This document shows, piece after piece, positions 35,070-37,842 of a stretch of 37,842 bases of DNA; position 1 is the stretch's first letter, and each line of letters opens with the position of its first letter. A program made the position numbers and the translations under genes. The stretch covers positions 1-37,842 of the forward strand of contig CAZXPE010000003.1 in NCBI GenBank assembly GCA_964642915.1, given 5' to 3'. Under the pieces are notes generated by a model, which was not told where the DNA came from, ran no database searches, and saw only the letters and a list, made by a program, of their open reading frames with translations. The DNA is from an uncultured bacterium (GTDB lineage Bacteria > Methylomirabilota > Methylomirabilia > Rokubacteriales > CSP1-6).

Positions 35070-35917
35070 TGCCGGATCAGGCGAGGTCTCTCAGACGTCT
35101 CACCGGGCGCGTTCCCGCTCTTCGGACGATCGCCTTCACCTCCGGTAAGGGTGGAGTCGGAAAATCGAGCCTGGCGCTCAACGTGGGGCTTGTCCTGGCC
35201 CGCCAGGGCAGGCGGGTTGTGATTCTCGACGGAGACCTGAGCCTGGCCAATATCGACGTCCTCCTGGGACTGACTCCCAAGCGGACGCTGAAAGACGTCG
35301 TCGAGGGCGACCTGAGCCTTCGCGACGTGATGCTGACCGGTCCTCATGGAATCGGCGTGATTCCGGCCAGCTCCGGGGTGGAGACCCTGGCGAGCCTCGA
35401 CCCGGGGAGGCGGGAACGTCTCCTGGCCAAGCTTTCTGAGATCGAGGAAATGGCCGACGTCCTCCTGGTGGACACCGCCGCGGGCGTTTCGCCGACGGTG
35501 CTCTCTCTCGTGCTGGCCTGCCAGGAGGCGGTGGTGGTGACGGTGCCCGAACCTACTGCCATCACTGATGCCTACGCGCTCCTCAAGATCATCTCCCGCA
35601 GGAACCCCGACCATGCTGTCAGGCTCCTGGTGAACATGGCCGAGAGCCAGGCCCAGGCGGAGGAGGTCTATCGGGGTATCCAGCGCGTGGTCCAGCGGTT
35701 CCTTCCGTTTCGCCCCCTCTACGCCGGTCACGTGGTGTGGGACCCGTGCGTGGGCAAGGCGGTCCAGGAGCAGAAGCCGCTGGCCATCTACTATCCCTAC
35801 ACCAAGGCCACTCGCTGCATCTCGGCGCTGGCCCACTCGCTTGTAACGTCGCCGCCGGCGGCGGGCGGGGGCGGGGCGTTCTGGAGCCGGATGGCCGCCG
35901 GAGTCTTGGTGAAGTAA
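35066..35917 (+). CDS. flhG: MinD-like ATPase FlhG/FleN
   Basis: DQARSLR, TSGKGGVGKS, DLSLANIDVLLG, PEPTAITDAYALLK. Confidence 0.95.
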   Translation: MMPDQARSLRRLTGRVPALRTIAFTSGKGGVGKSSLALNVGLVLARQGRRVVILDGDLSLANIDVLLGLTPKRTLKDVVEGDLSLRDVMLTGPHGIGVIPASSGVETLASLDPGRRERLLAKLSEIEEMADVLLVDTAAGVSPTVLSLVLACQEAVVVTVPEPTAITDAYALLKIISRRNPDHAVRLLVNMAESQAQAEEVYRGIQRVVQRFLPFRPLYAGHVVWDPCVGKAVQEQKPLAIYYPYTKATRCISALAHSLVTSPPAAGGGGAFWSRMAAGVLVK

Positions 35918-35924
35918 GCGGGTC

Positions 35925-36749
35925 ATGGGACCTCCAGCAGATCGTGATCTCTGGCAGCGCTACCGAAGGGAAAAAGATCCCGCGGTCAGGGAGGAGCTGA
36001 TCGCGCGCTACATCTATCTCGTCAAGTACGTGGCCGGGAGGATGGCGGCCCGGCTCCCGTCCCATGTGGACATCGGCGACCTCACCAGCGCCGGGCTCAT
36101 GGGGTTCCTGACAGCCATGGACGCGTACGACCCGGACCGCGAGGTGGATTTTCCCACGTACGCGCTCAATCGAATTCGCGGGGCGATTCTGGACGAGCTT
36201 CGTGGTCTCGACTGGGCCCCCCGCTTTTTAAGAAAGAAGGCGAGGGCAGTCGAGCGGGCCCTGGCGAGCCTCGAGCAGATGTTTCAGCGGTCCCCCAACG
36301 AAGCCGAGGTGGCGGCTCACCTCCAGGTGAGCGTGCCCGAGTACCGGGAGATGCTGTCAGAGGTGAGCGGGGCAACGCTCCTCTCTCTCGACGAAGGGTG
36401 GGACGAGGGAGGCGACGGGACCCCGAGGCACCCCGTGCGCGATCCAGCCGAGCCGGACCCGTTTACCCATCTGGCGGTCAAGGAGCGGCGCTCCATCCTC
36501 GGACGGCTCATCGAGGGGCTTCCCGATCAGGAACGGATCGTGCTCTCTCTCTACTACTATGACGAGCTGACGATGAAGGAGATCGGCAGGGTGCTTGACA
36601 TCTCCGAGTCCCGCGTTTCACAGATTCATGCCGCTGCCGTGCTTCGCCTTCGCGCGAGGCTCGGCCGGAACCGCCTCGAAGCCCGGGATCTGGCGATCGA
36701 AGGCTCCAGCTCTCAGACAGGCCGCCATGCCGGAAGGAGGGCGTCGTGA
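35925..36749 (+). CDS. fliA: RNA polymerase sigma-28 factor FliA
   Basis: LVKYVAGRM...LPSHV, RIRGAILDELRGLDW, LYYYDELTMKEIG.VLDISESRVSQIH. Confidence 0.96.
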   Translation: MGPPADRDLWQRYRREKDPAVREELIARYIYLVKYVAGRMAARLPSHVDIGDLTSAGLMGFLTAMDAYDPDREVDFPTYALNRIRGAILDELRGLDWAPRFLRKKARAVERALASLEQMFQRSPNEAEVAAHLQVSVPEYREMLSEVSGATLLSLDEGWDEGGDGTPRHPVRDPAEPDPFTHLAVKERRSILGRLIEGLPDQERIVLSLYYYDELTMKEIGRVLDISESRVSQIHAAAVLRLRARLGRNRLEARDLAIEGSSSQTGRHAGRRAS

Positions 36750-37372
36750 TCCGTCACGGCGTTTCTGCCCTCCTTCTCATGGTCTTCGCCGGATGCGCTC
36801 TCGCGACGGCCGAGCCGCCCCCGTCACAGAGCCGGCCTGCGGTGAGGCGCCAGGTTGTTCTTCCGGGACGGGTCGTCGTCCTCGCGGTATCGCCCGACGC
36901 CGACAATCGCCCGGTCGCTGAAGATGTCGCCAGGCGCGTGGGACGCGCGCTCCACGACCGCTGGGGGAGCGTGGTCGGCTACGACGCGTTTCTCAAAAGC
37001 GCCCAGGGCGCCGTGGCTCTCCCTGAAGAGATGGGGCTTCGTCTGGGTCTCCAGGGACGACCGGAAGGTCAGGATAGCAAGTGGCTGATGGAGCATCTCG
37101 GAGTTCAGACCGCGGTCCTGGTCGAGGTTTACGATCTGGAACAATTCTGGGGGAGGACGTCGAAGATCACCCGCGCGGGCGTTGACGTGCGCGCGCTCCA
37201 CCTTCCGACAGGGGAGCTGCTCTGGAGGGCCCGCTACCGCCCCGAGGTGGAAGGCCGGGCGGGCCGGGGAGTGGAGACCGCGATCGAATTGGCCATCCAC
37301 CAACTGGTGAGGGCGATCCACGGGGAATCTCAGGATCCGGTGAGTACTCAGTGGTGGCTCTGGAATCGGTAG
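36746..37372 (+). CDS. putative lipoprotein of unknown function
   Basis: Signal peptide with lipobox VFAG-C; C-terminal VRALHLPTGELLWR pattern reminiscent of TolB-N/CsgG/LpoB-like folds; GTGA overlap with fliA. Confidence 0.72.
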   Translation: MIRHGVSALLLMVFAGCALATAEPPPSQSRPAVRRQVVLPGRVVVLAVSPDADNRPVAEDVARRVGRALHDRWGSVVGYDAFLKSAQGAVALPEEMGLRLGLQGRPEGQDSKWLMEHLGVQTAVLVEVYDLEQFWGRTSKITRAGVDVRALHLPTGELLWRARYRPEVEGRAGRGVETAIELAIHQLVRAIHGESQDPVSTQWWLWNR

Positions 37373-37494
37373 CGCCGTGCCGATAACCGTCGCATCTCTG
37401 CGTCCTCGGTCGTCGCCGATCCTCGACGTACAGGAAGTACGCCTCCGGTCGGCTCCTCCCTGCGTCCTTGATCTGCTCGGTTCTCGGCCCGGCG
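37373..37494. repeat. 122-nt intergenic long imperfect palindrome (REP/MITE-like element or structured RNA)
   Basis: Terminal arms CGCCGTGCCGATAACCG..GCA and TGC.CGGTTCTCGGCCCGGCG are complementary; inner stems GCCGATC/GGTCGGC and CGTAC/GTACG; direct repeat CTGCGTCCT at 37398 and 37460. Confidence 0.7.
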
Positions 37495-37506
37495 GAGTTT
37501 GTAGCA

Positions 37507-37791
37507 ATGGTGCGGCCGGTTGAGCGTCAGGAGATCCCGCCGCCACCTCCGATCGAGAGGGTGCAGCAGGCTCGCCAGAGCGATCCTGACGCGAAACGGC
37601 AGTTTGCGCGGCAGCTCCAGAATGAGAGATCAAAGCGGCGTGAGCGCGCTGTGGGCGAGGAGGAGCAGGAAGGATCGGCTCTCCATGACGAGCTTTCAAC
37701 GGAAGAGAAGCTCGATCCCGGCGCGAAGGAAGCCGGGGATGAGATGAACGACGAGGGGCGTCCTGAAGGGAAGATTGACCTCAAGGTCTAG
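37507..37791 (+). CDS. small charged hypothetical protein (flagellar-locus associated)
   Basis: GGAG at 37494-37497 then ATG 37507; hydrophilic, Glu/Arg-rich, ends in GKIDLKV. Confidence 0.65.
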   Translation: MVRPVERQEIPPPPPIERVQQARQSDPDAKRQFARQLQNERSKRRERAVGEEEQEGSALHDELSTEEKLDPGAKEAGDEMNDEGRPEGKIDLKV

Positions 37792-37807
37792 CGGAGAGAG
37801 CCGATGA
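37781..37807 (+). promoter_or_regulatory. possible sigma-28 promoter
   Basis: TCAA-N15-GCCGATGA fits sigma-28 spacing, but overlaps the SD and ATG of the next ORF, so it may be coincidental. Confidence 0.3.
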
Positions 37808-37842
37808 TCTGGGTTCTTGCGGGGTTCCAACTTCTGTTTGAT
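37804..37842 (+). CDS. start of a probable membrane-anchored hypothetical protein (3'-truncated)
   Basis: GGAGAG SD then ATG; MIWVLAGFQLLFD runs off the window. Confidence 0.45.
   Translation, partial: MIWVLAGFQLLFD

Noticed and set aside
37360-37386. Sigma-28 promoter based on GCCGATAA
   Set aside because: There is no TAAA/TCAA-like -35 at the right spacing and the octamer is part of the palindromic arm; mentioned only within that finding.

Overview
GC-rich bacterial window (about two-thirds GC by eye) with every credible gene on the + strand. From 1 to 4.4 kb lie housekeeping and accessory genes: the 3' part of asd, a small membrane protein, truA (no canonical start codon), fdhD, an HtrA-fold/PDZ protein whose whole catalytic triad is substituted, and a YihY-family membrane protein. 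From 4.6 kb to the end is one large motility locus. It opens with an NtrC/FleQ-like sigma-54 activator. A sigma-54 promoter then drives HEAT-repeat protein-cheR-cheY-cheY-cheA-cheB (no MCP or cheW in the window) plus a FleS/FleR-like two-component pair. A second sigma-54 promoter drives flgBC-fliEFGHIJ-ylxF/motE-like-fliK-flgD-flgE-flbD-fliL-fliM-fliY-fliOPQR-flhBA-flhF-flhG-fliA, followed by small uncharacterised genes. The most unusual signal is a family of degenerate 7-bp tandem arrays (ATTCCGC/GCGGAAT and CCCGGAC-like units). Ten clear arrays and a few weaker ones sit in frame inside chemotaxis and flagellar coding sequences, in both orientations and twice as inverted pairs, including nine units in the hook-length ruler FliK. 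A 122-nt intergenic long-hairpin element lies near the end of the window. All calls are by eye from motifs; no searches were run.
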